A stretch of DNA of 64,000 nucleotides from NCBI GenBank assembly GCA_963700265.1, contig CAVOWX010000002.1, forward strand, positions 343,648 to 407,647, in the 5' to 3' direction. Below the pieces are notes generated by a model that worked only from the letters and a program-made list of their open reading frames with translations, was not told the DNA's origin and searched no databases. Source of the DNA: an uncultured Acidimicrobiaceae bacterium (GTDB taxonomy: Bacteria; Actinomycetota; Acidimicrobiia; Acidimicrobiales; Ilumatobacteraceae). How positions within the stretch are numbered: position 1 is the stretch's first letter; every line of letters begins with the position of its first letter. Below are positions 20,559 to 31,284 of the stretch, piece by piece. Position numbers and translations under genes: made by a program.

Positions 20559-22652
20559 ATGACCGAGACCGACGCTCCGATGCCGGATCTGCCCGATCCA
20601 GGGCACCGTGTCCTCAACCGCGAGTTGAGCTGGCTCGACTTCAATGACCGTGTCCTGAGCCTCGCCTCGGAGCCAGGGATCCCGCTCCTGGAGCGCGCCA
20701 AGTTCTGTGCGATCTTCGCCACCAACCTCGACGAGTTCTTCCAGGTCCGAGTGGCGGCGCTTCGCGATCAGGTGGCGGCCGGCATCGAGGACCCGACCTG
20801 GGACGGTCGCACTCCGCTCCGTCAACTGAACGAGATCTCGACCAGGGTGCCCGAGATGATCGCCCGTCAGGAGTCGATCTTCATCGACGAGATCGCCCCG
20901 GCACTGGCCGCCGAAGGGATCGAAATCGTCGGCTGGGATCGACTCGCAGAAGACGATCGGGTGATGATGCGCGAGTACTACGCAGCCCGCATCTTCCCGG
21001 TCCTGACACCGTTGGCGGTCGACCCTGGCCACCCGTTCCCGTACATCTCCGATCTGGCTCTGAGCCTGGCCGCCCACGTCGCCGACCCGGAGACCGCCGA
21101 ACGTCGATTCGTGCGGCTCAAGGTACCGAACGTGTTTCCGAGGTTGATCCCGCTCGGCGACGGCCGCTTCGTGCCGGCTGAAGAAGTCATCGCTGCCCAC
21201 CTGCACACGCTGTTCATCGGGATGGTCGTGGAGGAATGGGCGGTGTTCCGGGTCACCCGCAACGCCGACCTGATCCTCGAGGAGGAAGGGGCCGACGACC
21301 TGCTCGAAGCAGTCGAACTCGAACTCCGTAAGCGGCGGTTCAACAAGGTGATCCGGCTCGAGGTCGCCGACAGCATCGGTGACGAACTGCTCGATCTGCT
21401 GGTCCGCGAACTCGAGCTCGACCGACGAAATGTGTCCTTGCACCGCACGCTGCTCGACCTCAGCTGTCTGTGGCATCTGCACGCGGTCGATCGACCCGAC
21501 TTGAAAGACCGTGCCTGGCCACCACTCACCGCCGGGCGGCTGTACCAGGCCGAGGAAAGCGATCGGTCGTTGTTCTCGGTCATGCGCGATCGTGCGATCC
21601 TCGTGCATCACCCGTACGAGAGCTTCGCCAGCAGCGTCGAGGTGTTTCTCGAGCAGGCGGCAACCGATTCGAGGGTGCAGTCGATCAAGATGACGCTGTA
21701 CCGGGCTGGCGGCGACAGCCCGATCATCCGCAGCTTGATCACGGCCGCCGAACGCGGCAAGCAGGTCGCCGTACTCGTCGAACTGAAGGCTCGCTTCGAC
21801 GAGGCCAACAACGTCGCCTGGGCGAGACAACTCGAACGCGCCGGCGTGCACGTCGTGTACGGCATGGTCGGGCTGAAGACCCACTCGAAGGTCGTGCTGG
21901 TGGTTCGTGACGACGGTGACCAGTTGCGTCGGTACTGCCACATCGGCACTGGCAACTACAACTCCAAGACCGCCCGTCTGTACGAGGACCTCGGTCTGTT
22001 CTCGTGCGACAACGAGATTGGCGCCGACGCAACTCAGCTGTTCAATCACCTCACCGGCTACAGCCGCAGCGTCGAGTACCAGAAGCTGCTGGTGGCCCCG
22101 CGAGACCTGAAGCGCCAACTGATCGATCTGGTCGAACACGAATCGTCATTCGGAGCCGATGGCCGAATCACGCTGAAATGCAACTCGATCGCCGACATCG
22201 ACATGGTCGAGGCGCTCTACACAGCCAGCCAGGCCGGCGTACGGATCGACTGCGTCACGCGCGGGATCTGCACGATGCGGGCCGGTGTGCCGGGGCTCTC
22301 GGACAACATCCGGGTACGCAGCATCCTCGGGCGCTACCTCGAACACAGCCGGATCTACCGGTTCGACCACGGCGATCACGACGACCGGCCGATGCACCTG
22401 ATCGGCTCGGCCGACCTGATGCCGCGCAACCTCGAGCGCCGCGTCGAGGTGTTGGTGCCGATCGAACATGCCAAGCATCGCGAATGGCTCGATCAGGTAC
22501 TCGAGTTCGACCTCGCCGACGACATCGTGCGGTGGGAGCTGCAACCAGACGACTCCTGGATGCGACTCGGCCCGCTCGACGTCTTCGAGCCCGACGCCCA
22601 GGAACGCATGTATCGCTGGACCGTCGAACGCCAGCAGCAAGTTCGCCGCTGA
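20559..22652 (+). CDS. ppk1: Polyphosphate kinase 1
   Basis: NRELSWLDFNDRVL, NLDEFFQVRVA, HHPYESF, IKMTLYR, ELKARFDE, KTHSK, GTGNYN, RYLEHSR, SADLMPRNL. Confidence 0.96.
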   Translation: MTETDAPMPDLPDPGHRVLNRELSWLDFNDRVLSLASEPGIPLLERAKFCAIFATNLDEFFQVRVAALRDQVAAGIEDPTWDGRTPLRQLNEISTRVPEMIARQESIFIDEIAPALAAEGIEIVGWDRLAEDDRVMMREYYAARIFPVLTPLAVDPGHPFPYISDLALSLAAHVADPETAERRFVRLKVPNVFPRLIPLGDGRFVPAEEVIAAHLHTLFIGMVVEEWAVFRVTRNADLILEEEGADDLLEAVELELRKRRFNKVIRLEVADSIGDELLDLLVRELELDRRNVSLHRTLLDLSCLWHLHAVDRPDLKDRAWPPLTAGRLYQAEESDRSLFSVMRDRAILVHHPYESFASSVEVFLEQAATDSRVQSIKMTLYRAGGDSPIIRSLITAAERGKQVAVLVELKARFDEANNVAWARQLERAGVHVVYGMVGLKTHSKVVLVVRDDGDQLRRYCHIGTGNYNSKTARLYEDLGLFSCDNEIGADATQLFNHLTGYSRSVEYQKLLVAPRDLKRQLIDLVEHESSFGADGRITLKCNSIADIDMVEALYTASQAGVRIDCVTRGICTMRAGVPGLSDNIRVRSILGRYLEHSRIYRFDHGDHDDRPMHLIGSADLMPRNLERRVEVLVPIEHAKHREWLDQVLEFDLADDIVRWELQPDDSWMRLGPLDVFEPDAQERMYRWTVERQQQVRR

Positions 22653-22692
22653 CTCGATTCCTGCCGCTGTCGTCGACCACTGGTCGGCCCAG

Positions 22693-22710
22693 GGTGAACG
22701 CAGGGTAAAC
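22693..22710 (-). promoter_or_regulatory. Reverse-oriented PHO-box-like pair (GTTTACC-N4-GTTCACC on the minus strand)
   Basis: Plus-strand GGTGAAC (22693) and GGTAAAC (22704), 11-nt period. Confidence 0.55.
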
Positions 22711-22756
22711 GCAACGTCTCTGAGCTGGGACGATGGGCACCGACCGGGCGGGCATT

Positions 22757-22797
22757 GTTCACCGGTCGTTCACCTCCGACGGGGGTTCGTGTTCACC
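22757..22797 (+). promoter_or_regulatory. PHO box upstream of pstS
   Basis: GTTCACC at 22757, 22768 (11-nt period) and 22791; matches the actinobacterial PhoP direct-repeat unit. Confidence 0.8.
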
Positions 22798-22871
22798 TTG
22801 GCCATTTAGCGTTCGGGTTGAATCGTGCATCGATTCGCTGACATGTCAACCCCCCGAACGGAGACGACTGC

Positions 22872-23930
22872 GTGAAGTTCACTACGAAGCGACTGGCTGC
22901 AGCCACCCTGGCGGCAGCGCTCGCACTCGCCGCATGTGGCGGCGACGACGACACCACCCCGGTGGCCGACGACGCCCCATCAGCCGACAATGACACCGAC
23001 AACGACAACGATGCCGACAGCGATGCGGCGGGCAAGGTGTTCGTGTCGGGCTCATCGACCGTCGAGCCGATCTCGGTTCGAGTCGCCGAGTTGGCCAAGG
23101 CCGACACCGGCGACGCCGTTGCGGTCACCGTCGAAGGACCCGGCACCGGCGATGGTTTCAAGAAGTTCTGTACCGGCGAGTCGGACGTGTCCGACGCATC
23201 GCGCCCGATCAAGGACAGCGAGGCGGAATTGTGTGCCGCCAACGGCATCGAGTACGTCGAGCTCGAGGTTGCGATCGACGGATTGTCGGTGCTGACCAGC
23301 CCGGCCAACACGGCCATCGAATGCCTCGACGTGCCGGCGCTGTACGCCCTGCTCGGACCGGAATCAGAAGGGTTCGCCGACTGGAGCGACGCCGACGCAC
23401 TCGCCGCCGAGGTGGCGTCGACCAAGGCTCCGTTCCCCGCTGCACCGCTCACCGTGTACGGCCCCGGCGAGGAGTCGGGTACCTACGACACGTTCGTCGA
23501 GTTCGCCATCGCCGACCTGGCGGAGGAGCGCGTCGGTGAGGGCAGCGACTTCACCAGAGCCGACTACTCGTCGTCGGGCAACGACAACTTCATCATCGAG
23601 GGCATCGAGGGATCGGACACGAGTCTCGGCTGGGTCGGGTACGCCTTCTTCAAGGCCGAGCAGGATCGCCTGAAGGCGATCGCCATCGATATCGGCGATG
23701 GATGTGTTGCACCGACCGACGCCACCATCGCCTCGGGTGAGTACGGCTTCTCCCGGTCGCTCTACATCTACGTCGACACCGGCAAGGTGGCGACCAACCC
23801 GGCCCTGAAGACATTCGTCGACCTGTACCTGTCGGACGCCGGCCTGGCGACGGTCGCCCAGGCCGGCTACGTCGACCTTCCTGCCGAGCGGATCGCGGCC
23901 ACCCGCGCAGCCTGGGAAGCGGTCGGCTGA
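22872..23930 (+). CDS. pstS: Phosphate ABC transporter substrate-binding lipoprotein
   Basis: Lipobox LAAC, SGSSTV, GTGDGFKKFC, ASRPIK, SGTYDTF, SRSLYIY. Confidence 0.93.
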   Translation: MKFTTKRLAAATLAAALALAACGGDDDTTPVADDAPSADNDTDNDNDADSDAAGKVFVSGSSTVEPISVRVAELAKADTGDAVAVTVEGPGTGDGFKKFCTGESDVSDASRPIKDSEAELCAANGIEYVELEVAIDGLSVLTSPANTAIECLDVPALYALLGPESEGFADWSDADALAAEVASTKAPFPAAPLTVYGPGEESGTYDTFVEFAIADLAEERVGEGSDFTRADYSSSGNDNFIIEGIEGSDTSLGWVGYAFFKAEQDRLKAIAIDIGDGCVAPTDATIASGEYGFSRSLYIYVDTGKVATNPALKTFVDLYLSDAGLATVAQAGYVDLPAERIAATRAAWEAVG

Positions 23931-23974
23931 TCGAGCCGCTGACCGGATCGAGGCAAAGGACACACCGGGACGCC

Positions 23975-24895
23975 ATGCTCGCCGTAGCCGACCTGCGCGG
24001 AAGCACGAAACAACGCCGAACCGAGCTGGTGATGCGGCGCCTCTTCCAGGCAGCTGCCGTGCTGTCGGTGGTGATCAGCCTGCTGATCGTTTTCGTGCTG
24101 TTTCGCGGGGCGTTCCATTTCCTGACGCTGATCGACTGGGACCCAGGTCAACTCGCCGACAACGGGTGGTTCCCGAGGCGTGAGCGCTTCGACCTGCGGA
24201 CCGTGCTGGTCGGCAGTGTCGTGATGGGGGCGATCTCGATGCTCGTCGCCGTGCCATTCGGGCTCGGTGTCGCGGTGTACCTCGCCGAGTACGCCAGTCC
24301 GCGAACCCGCAAGGTACTCAAGCCGGTGGTCGAACTGTTGGCCGGTGTGCCGAGCGTGATCGTGGGCTACTTCGTGCTGCGTTTCATCGCACCCAAGATC
24401 GTGTCGCCGCTGTTCGATCCGACGAACAACTTGAACATGCTGGCGGCCGGCCTCGGGATCGGCGTGCTCGTGATTCCGATCATGGCATCGATCAGCGAGG
24501 ACGCCCTGCGGTCGGTGCCGATGGCGCTGCGTGAAGCCAGCTACGGCGTCGGGGCCCGAAAGATCAACACGGTCGTCAAGGTCGTGATTCCTGCCGCCGT
24601 GTCCGGGCTGGTGGCGGCTTTCATCGTCGCCATCTCGCGAGCGATCGGCGAGACGATGGTTGCAACGATGGCGGGCGGTTTCGACGGGAGCGGCCTGTAC
24701 GAAGGCTGGCAGCCGACCAACCGCGGCCTCACGATGACGGCGGCGATGACGAACGCAGTCGGCGGCACCGATCAAGACATCGGCGGCGCCTCCTTCGAGG
24801 TGCTGTACTTCGTCGGCGCCTTGCTGTTCCTCATCACGCTCAGCCTGAACCTGATCGGGAATCGGATCGTGTCTCGAGTTCGGGAGCAGTACTGA
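23975..24895 (+). CDS. pstC: Phosphate ABC transporter permease
   Basis: ELLAGVPSVIVG, EAA loop LREASYGVGA, SRAIGETM. Confidence 0.93.
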   Translation: MLAVADLRGSTKQRRTELVMRRLFQAAAVLSVVISLLIVFVLFRGAFHFLTLIDWDPGQLADNGWFPRRERFDLRTVLVGSVVMGAISMLVAVPFGLGVAVYLAEYASPRTRKVLKPVVELLAGVPSVIVGYFVLRFIAPKIVSPLFDPTNNLNMLAAGLGIGVLVIPIMASISEDALRSVPMALREASYGVGARKINTVVKVVIPAAVSGLVAAFIVAISRAIGETMVATMAGGFDGSGLYEGWQPTNRGLTMTAAMTNAVGGTDQDIGGASFEVLYFVGALLFLITLSLNLIGNRIVSRVREQY

Positions 24896-24896
24896 G

Positions 24897-25850
24897 GTGG
24901 CCATGGCGACGTCGACCGGCGCCACCGAAGCCGCAGCGATCGGCAATGTGCGCGCCAACCTCACGCGCCGTGAGCGAGACGTAGCCGGAACGGCGATGCT
25001 GATCTCGTTGCTCGTGACCACGTTGTTCACGTTGTTCGTGCTGGCGGCGCTGCTCGCTCAGGTGATCACCGAAGGCTCACCACTCGTGGGTCACCGAGGC
25101 GGAGCATTCATCACCGACCCGATCGGCTCCGATCCGGACTCGATCGGGATCTGGTCCGGCCTGTACGGCTCGATCGGGATCGGTGTGCTGGTGTTGGTGC
25201 TGGCGATCCCGACCGGTGTCGCCGCCGCGATCTATCTCGAGGAGTACGCCGCCGCCACGAGCCGGCTGACGAAGTTGATCATGGTCAGCATCCGCAATCT
25301 GGCCGGCGTTCCGGCCGTGATCTACGGCGTGCTCGGTTTCATCATCTTCGTCAACTGGCTCAAGCCCGTGACCGCCGGTGGAACGGTGATCGCTGCCGGT
25401 CTCACGATGGCGGTCTTGGTGCTGCCGATCGTCGTGATCACATCGATGGAGGCGATTCGGGCGGTCCCACTCGGGCTCCGCGATGCAGGTTTCGGAGTCG
25501 GCGCCTCGCGGTGGGAGGTCACCCGCGACCACGTCCTTCCCTACGCTGCGCCAGGCATCCTCACCGGAACCGTGCTCTCGCTCTCGCGTGCACTCGGCGA
25601 GGCGGCCCCGCTGATCATCGTCGGAGCGATCACCGGCTTCTTGCCGGCGACGTCCTTGACCGACAAGTTCACCGCCCTGCCGATCTTGATCTACAGCTGG
25701 TCCGGTCGCGCCCAACCGCCAGGATCGACCTACAGCTACACGGCCGCCGCAGCAGGGGCGGCGATCGTGCTGCTCGGATTGGTGCTGCTCTTCAACGGCT
25801 CTGCCGTGTTCCTGCGCAATCGCTTCGAGCGCCGACGGAGCGGAATATGA
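24897..25850 (+). CDS. pstA: Phosphate ABC transporter permease
   Basis: [28 protein letters not shown]. Confidence 0.93.
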   Translation: MAMATSTGATEAAAIGNVRANLTRRERDVAGTAMLISLLVTTLFTLFVLAALLAQVITEGSPLVGHRGGAFITDPIGSDPDSIGIWSGLYGSIGIGVLVLVLAIPTGVAAAIYLEEYAAATSRLTKLIMVSIRNLAGVPAVIYGVLGFIIFVNWLKPVTAGGTVIAAGLTMAVLVLPIVVITSMEAIRAVPLGLRDAGFGVGASRWEVTRDHVLPYAAPGILTGTVLSLSRALGEAAPLIIVGAITGFLPATSLTDKFTALPILIYSWSGRAQPPGSTYSYTAAAAGAAIVLLGLVLLFNGSAVFLRNRFERRRSGI

Positions 25851-26749
25851 CCACCACCAGCCATCACGAAGTGTCGGACACGACCCTCGTTCATCGAAAG
25901 GACAGGGATGACGTGCCCGAACTCGACCTTGTAGAGATGCAGCCCAGAACACCCGACGATGCGGCGGTTCCCGTGTTCGGACTCCGCGATGTGAGCGTTC
26001 GGTACGGCGAGTTCCGAGCCGTCCACGACGTCACGCTCGACATCGCCGAACACGAGATCACGGCCTTCATCGGACCCTCGGGCTGTGGCAAGACGACCGT
26101 GTTGCGATCGCTGAACCGGATGAACGACTTCATCGAAACGGCCCGAGTCGAGGGAACGATCGAATACCACGGTGTCGACCTCTACGATCCGGCGGTCAAC
26201 TCGACCGAGGTGCGGCGACGGATCGGGATGGTGTTCCAGAAGCCGAATCCGTTTCCCAAATCGATCTACGACAACGTCGCCTACGGACCCCGCCTGTCAG
26301 GGATCAAGAAGCGTGATGCACTCGATCAGATCGTCGAGCGCTCGTTGCGAGGCTCTGCCCTGTGGGATGAGGTGAAGGATCGTTTGAAGGACTCCGGCCT
26401 CAGCTTGTCGGGTGGCCAGCAGCAGCGGTTGTGTATCGCCAGAGCGATCGCCGTGGAACCCGACGTGATCCTGATGGACGAGCCGTGCTCGGCCCTCGAC
26501 CCGATCGCCACGGCGCGGATCGAGGACCTGATGCAGGAGATCAAGAGCGACTACACGATCGTGATCGTGACCCACAACATGCAGCAGGCGGCTCGGGTCA
26601 GCGATCGCACGGCGTTCTTCACCGCCGAGGTGAACCAGGACAGCGACCGCCGCACCGGCGTGTTGGTCGAGTTCAATCCGACCGAGGTGATCTTCTCCAA
26701 CCCACAGGATCAGCGAACGGAGCACTACGTGACGGGGAGGTTCGGCTGA
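25847..26749 (+). CDS. pstB: Phosphate ABC transporter ATP-binding protein
   Basis: [44 protein letters not shown]. Confidence 0.96.
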   Translation: MTTTSHHEVSDTTLVHRKDRDDVPELDLVEMQPRTPDDAAVPVFGLRDVSVRYGEFRAVHDVTLDIAEHEITAFIGPSGCGKTTVLRSLNRMNDFIETARVEGTIEYHGVDLYDPAVNSTEVRRRIGMVFQKPNPFPKSIYDNVAYGPRLSGIKKRDALDQIVERSLRGSALWDEVKDRLKDSGLSLSGGQQQRLCIARAIAVEPDVILMDEPCSALDPIATARIEDLMQEIKSDYTIVIVTHNMQQAARVSDRTAFFTAEVNQDSDRRTGVLVEFNPTEVIFSNPQDQRTEHYVTGRFG

Positions 26750-27510
26750 TGAGTGAGCTACGACCGGAGTTTCACCACGATCTGGACGGCGTCAGGCAAG
26801 CGACGACCGAACTCGGTCTGGCGGTGGTCGATCTGATTCCGCGGGTCACCAGGATCCTGCTGAACCAGGATCTGGAGGGCGCAGAAGCGGTGCTGTTCGC
26901 CGACGACGAGATCGACGCCCGGTCGACCGATGTCGAGGACCGTGCACTCAAGTTGCTGGCGTTGCAGGCACCGGTGGCGGGCGATCTCCGCCAGTTGGCG
27001 GCCGCACTCAAGCTGGCCCCGGAAATCGAGCGCTCCGCCGACCTGTGCTGCAACATCTGCAAGGCCGCCAGGCGTATCTATCCCAGCCATCTTGACCCGA
27101 AGCTGCGGGCCACGATCCAGAAGCTCAGCGATCAGGCCGAAGTCGAGTATCGGGCGGCGATCGAGGCCTACCGAACCGTCGATGACGCCCGCGCCGCGGC
27201 GTTGCCCGACATGGACGACTACCTCGACGAGTTGCACCGCGACTTCATCCAGCAGATCTTCGAGACCCATGCCGGCGAGACGATCGAACTGCAGGTTGCC
27301 GTGCAGTTGGCGATGGTCGCCCGGTTCTACGAACGGCTCGGCGACCATGCCGTCAACATCGCTCACAAGGTCCGCTACATCGCCACCGGATGGCTGCCGG
27401 GACACGACGGCGCATCTCGCCATCGTGCACGGCAGGCCCAACCCGGCCTCGGTGGGTCCGCCGCTACTGAGGCGCTGGGAACGAACGCCGTCGAGTTCCC
27501 CGGCGACTGA
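26749..27510 (+). CDS. phoU: Phosphate transport regulator PhoU
   Basis: LQAPVAGDLR, ERSADL, ERLGDHAVNIA. Confidence 0.93.
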   Translation: MSELRPEFHHDLDGVRQATTELGLAVVDLIPRVTRILLNQDLEGAEAVLFADDEIDARSTDVEDRALKLLALQAPVAGDLRQLAAALKLAPEIERSADLCCNICKAARRIYPSHLDPKLRATIQKLSDQAEVEYRAAIEAYRTVDDARAAALPDMDDYLDELHRDFIQQIFETHAGETIELQVAVQLAMVARFYERLGDHAVNIAHKVRYIATGWLPGHDGASRHRARQAQPGLGGSAATEALGTNAVEFPGD

Positions 27511-27527
27511 CGTATCGTGGTGCACGC

Positions 27528-28685
27528 ATGTGGCTCTGGCTGACCGCCCTCGGCGTGGTCGTAGCGTTCGCCCTCGGATGGGTGATGTCGACCCGACGCG
27601 ACCACAGCACTGTGCCAGAGCCCGAGGTGGTGCGTCTCTCCGCATACTCGCCGGGCCATCCGTCCGTGAACGACGTGCTCGAAGCTCTGCACCTCGGCAT
27701 CGCCATCAGCGGACCAGACGGGGTCGGGGAGTTCCGAAACTCGGCTGCCGAGGCGATGTCCGGGACCCCGGCGGGAGCAGTGCTCGACGACGCCATCGCC
27801 CGCCACCTGGGGCGCGGGCTGGTGGGCATCCAAAGCGATGAGGTGATCGAGTCCAGCGGCCCACCGCGGGCCTCGTTCGTGGTGCGTTCCTCGCCGCTGC
27901 CGGGAGGTGGATCGGTGTCATTCGTGGAAGACACGTCGGAGCGGCGCCGAATCGACCAGGTCCGAACCGATTTCGTCGCCAACGTGAGCCACGAGCTGAA
28001 GACCCCGATCGGCGCACTGTCGGTGTTGGCCGAAACGTTGCAGGGTGAGTCCGATCCCGCCACCGTGGATCGATTGGCGGGCCGGATGCTGGCCGAGGCT
28101 GAGCGCGCCTCGAACACGATCGACGATCTGATGGAGCTGTCGCGAATCGAGCTGGGCGGCGATGCCGTGGTCGAACGTGTCCAGGTCGGCGATGTCGTGC
28201 GTGGCGCGGTCGACCGTGTGCTCGAACTGGCCGCGATGCGAGACATCTCGATCACGACCGACCACTCGGACGACGTCGCCGTAAAGCTCGCCGTCAACGG
28301 CGATCGCCGGCAGCTCGTCTCGGCGGTCGGAAACCTGGTCGAGAATGCCGTCAAGTACAGCGAGCATGGTGCGTCGGTCTGTGTGCGAACCAGGCAGGAC
28401 GCCGATGCGGTCGAGATCGAGGTCGTCGACCGAGGTGTCGGGATTCCGGCCGACGATGTCGGCAGGGTGTTCGAGCGCTTCTATCGCGTCGATCAAGCCC
28501 GCAGCCGGGCGACCGGAGGCACCGGACTGGGTTTGTCGATCGTGCGCCACATCGTCACCAATCACGGTGGCTCGGTCGGCGTCAGCTCGGTCGAAGGGGA
28601 AGGCAGCACGTTCCGTGTCCGGTTGCCGACCGTCGCCCAGCCGACAGCCGATGAGATGACTCAGGCGAGCGGGAGCGTCGCGTGA
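27528..28685 (+). CDS. senX3: Sensor histidine kinase, SenX3/PhoR-like
   Basis: DFVANVSHELKTP, NLVENAVKYS, FERFYRVD, GGTGLGLSIV; single N-terminal TM. Confidence 0.85.
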   Translation: MWLWLTALGVVVAFALGWVMSTRRDHSTVPEPEVVRLSAYSPGHPSVNDVLEALHLGIAISGPDGVGEFRNSAAEAMSGTPAGAVLDDAIARHLGRGLVGIQSDEVIESSGPPRASFVVRSSPLPGGGSVSFVEDTSERRRIDQVRTDFVANVSHELKTPIGALSVLAETLQGESDPATVDRLAGRMLAEAERASNTIDDLMELSRIELGGDAVVERVQVGDVVRGAVDRVLELAAMRDISITTDHSDDVAVKLAVNGDRRQLVSAVGNLVENAVKYSEHGASVCVRTRQDADAVEIEVVDRGVGIPADDVGRVFERFYRVDQARSRATGGTGLGLSIVRHIVTNHGGSVGVSSVEGEGSTFRVRLPTVAQPTADEMTQASGSVA

Positions 28686-29396
28686 CGCAGCCCAAGATCT
28701 TGATCGTCGAGGACGAACCGAGCTACGTCGATGCGCTTCAGGTCGGGCTCGGCAGGGAGGGCTTCGATGTTCACGTGGCGCTCGACGGGGCACAGGCGTT
28801 GGAGCGCTTCGCGATCGTGCAGCCCGACCTCGTGCTGCTCGACCTGATGCTGCCGAAGGTGCCGGGTCTCGACGTGTGCCGTGAGATCCGCCGGATTTCC
28901 ACCGTGCCGATCATCATGGTGACGGCGAAGTCGAGCGAGGTCGACACGGTCGTCGGCCTGGAGGTCGGCGCCGATGACTACGTCACGAAGCCGTACCGGG
29001 TGCACGAGCTGGTCGCCCGGATCCGGGCTCAGTTGCGGCGGGTCTCGATGGATAGCCCGGTGGCCTCGGGCGAGAGCTCGGCGATCCGTGTCGGAGAGGT
29101 GTCACTGGACCCCGATGAGCATCGTGTCACCGTGTCCGGCGAGCTCGTGTCACTCCCGCTCAGGGAGTTCGAGGTGCTGCACCTCTTGATGGCCAACGCC
29201 GGCCGTGTGCTGACCAGGGAGACGCTGATCGACCGGGTGTGGGGCGACGACTATGTCGGCGACACCAAGACACTCGACGTGCACATCAAGCGGCTGCGCT
29301 CGAAGATCGAGACAGACCCGGCGCAGACCGGAACGGATCGTGACGATCCGCGGGCTCGGCTACAAGTACGAACGCTCCACCATGTCCTCCGACTGA
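28682..29396 (+). CDS. regX3: OmpR-family response regulator, RegX3/PhoP-like; apparent +1 frameshift near 29327
   Basis: LLDLMLP, GADDYVTKP, VGDTKTLDVHIKRLRSKIE; the conserved end PERIVTIRGLGYKYE continues in another frame to TGA at 29396. Confidence 0.85.
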
Positions 29397-29453
29397 TCGA
29401 TCCGGGCGAGGGTCTCGTCGCTGCGCGATCCGCTCGCCGTAGCGTTGCTGTCC

Positions 29454-30011
29454 ATGGAACAACGCCTGTTTCCGCGCAATCATGATGAGCTCAGCGAGGG
29501 TCCCATCCAGGTTCGGGTCGCCACCGTCGATCACCTGTTCAATCGGATGGATCCGTCGCCGTTGCATGAGCGATCACTCAACGAGGAGGTCGCCGACTGG
29601 ATCGAGGAGTGGGCCGCCGACATCGAGTCGAACGACCCGATGGAGGTCGAGATCACGGTTGTCGACGGGCAACTCGACGGCCAGGAGGCGGCGATCGCGA
29701 CCGGTCTGTTGAGCCACTTCGAATACCGTGAGTGGCAGACGGGGCGGCAGCTCCGCAAGCTGCTACGGGAAGGGCGGATCAGCCTCGTCATCGGGCTGGC
29801 CGCACTGGCCGGGTTCAACGCTGTCTCGCGGTTGATCGGCAGCAGCGGAAACCCGGTCGTCCAGGTCATCCACGAAGGGCTCTCGGTGCTCGGATGGGTG
29901 TCGATGTGGAAGCCGCTCGAGATCTTGCTCTACGACTGGTGGCCGATTCGCCACGAGCGTCGTGCCTGCGCTCGCCTTGCCGACGCAACCATCACGTTCA
30001 CCGGCACCTGA
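29454..30011 (+). CDS. Hypothetical membrane protein (soluble N-terminal domain plus two TM helices)
   Basis: LFNRMDPSPLHER..., C-terminal GWVSMWKPLEILLYDWWP. Confidence 0.75.
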   Translation: MEQRLFPRNHDELSEGPIQVRVATVDHLFNRMDPSPLHERSLNEEVADWIEEWAADIESNDPMEVEITVVDGQLDGQEAAIATGLLSHFEYREWQTGRQLRKLLREGRISLVIGLAALAGFNAVSRLIGSSGNPVVQVIHEGLSVLGWVSMWKPLEILLYDWWPIRHERRACARLADATITFTGT

Positions 30012-30067
30012 CCCGGCACGTGACCCGCCACAGCGGTGTGGAGGGTCGCAGCGCGTACGATCTGCTC

Positions 30068-31261
30068 GTGATCGAGGTGCCGCATTCGAAATTCCAGCAG
30101 CTCGCCTTCACACATGCCGCGATCGTCGCCGGCGATGCGGCCATGGTCGTTGCGCTCGCCGACTCGTTCTTCTTCGATGTCGATCCGAACGGGGCACGCA
30201 CCAAGGTGCTGGGCTTCCTGTTGGTCAGCTTCGCTCCCTTCCTGCTGATCGCGCCGATGATCGGACCGGCGATCGACAAGGTTCGCGGCGGACGCCGGTT
30301 CATCGTTCAGGCGGTAGCGGCATCGCGGATCGCGATCCAGATCCTGATGATCCAGTTCGTCGACGAGATCGCCTTGTTCCCCTTGGTGTTCGTGGCACTC
30401 GTCCTCCAGAAGACGTACACGGTGTCGAAGTCGGCGTTGGTGCCGGCCGTCGTTCGTACCGAGCTGGAACTCGTCGAGGCGAACTCGAAACTGGGTCTGA
30501 TCGCCGGCCTGGCGGGAGCGGTGGCGGTGATGCCAGCAGCAGCCCTCCAGTACACGATCGGGGCACCGGCGACGCTGGCCTATGGCGGCTGCTGGTTCGG
30601 CGTGGCGCTGTTCGCCTCGTTCCGGCTGCCCCGCGAGTTGGTGGTGCGGCCGGATGTGCCGTCCGCCGCCAGCCATGATGCGGCGACCCCCAGTCTTCAG
30701 ATGGCGTGGGTGGCGATGCTGATCCTGCGAGCGTCGGCCGGCTTCATGCTCTTCCACTTGGCGTTCTTGTTCCGGGGCGAGCCCAATGAGAAGGCGCTGC
30801 TCGGGATGGCGATCGGCTTGTCGTCGCTCGGAACGATGTCCGGCAACGCGTTGGCGCCGCGATTGCGTCGCGCCCTCCACGAGGAGCGCATGATCACACT
30901 GGCACTCGGGTTGATCGCCTCGGCCGGTTTGATCTGTGGTGTGGTCGGCGGTGCGAGGGCAGGGGTCGTGGTGGCCGTCGTCGTCAACTTCTCGGCTGCC
31001 ATCGGACGACTCTCGTTCGAGAGCCTCGTTCAGCGCGATGGGCCTGAGGCGAATCGCGGCCAGGCGTTCGCTCGATTCGAAACACGCTTTCAGCTCGGCT
31101 GGGTGATCGCCGCCGTGCTGCCAGTGCTGCTGGTCGTGCCGGGCAGCATCGGGTACCTCCTGGTCGGGACGGTGGCAGCTGCAGCCGTGGTCAACTACGT
31201 CGCCGGAGTTCGTGTGATCCTGGCCGAGGGTCAACTGCATCCACACCGACTCGCCGACTGA
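30068..31261 (+). CDS. MFS transporter
   Basis: About 12 hydrophobic segments, motif A-like GPAIDKVRGGRR. Confidence 0.8.
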   Translation: MIEVPHSKFQQLAFTHAAIVAGDAAMVVALADSFFFDVDPNGARTKVLGFLLVSFAPFLLIAPMIGPAIDKVRGGRRFIVQAVAASRIAIQILMIQFVDEIALFPLVFVALVLQKTYTVSKSALVPAVVRTELELVEANSKLGLIAGLAGAVAVMPAAALQYTIGAPATLAYGGCWFGVALFASFRLPRELVVRPDVPSAASHDAATPSLQMAWVAMLILRASAGFMLFHLAFLFRGEPNEKALLGMAIGLSSLGTMSGNALAPRLRRALHEERMITLALGLIASAGLICGVVGGARAGVVVAVVVNFSAAIGRLSFESLVQRDGPEANRGQAFARFETRFQLGWVIAAVLPVLLVVPGSIGYLLVGTVAAAAVVNYVAGVRVILAEGQLHPHRLAD

Positions 31262-31284
31262 AGTTGCAACGGCCGACGGCGCGG

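Noticed and set aside
29397-29485. Extended novel C-terminus of RegX3
   Set aside because: It results from the frameshift; the canonical end is in another frame and stops at 29396.
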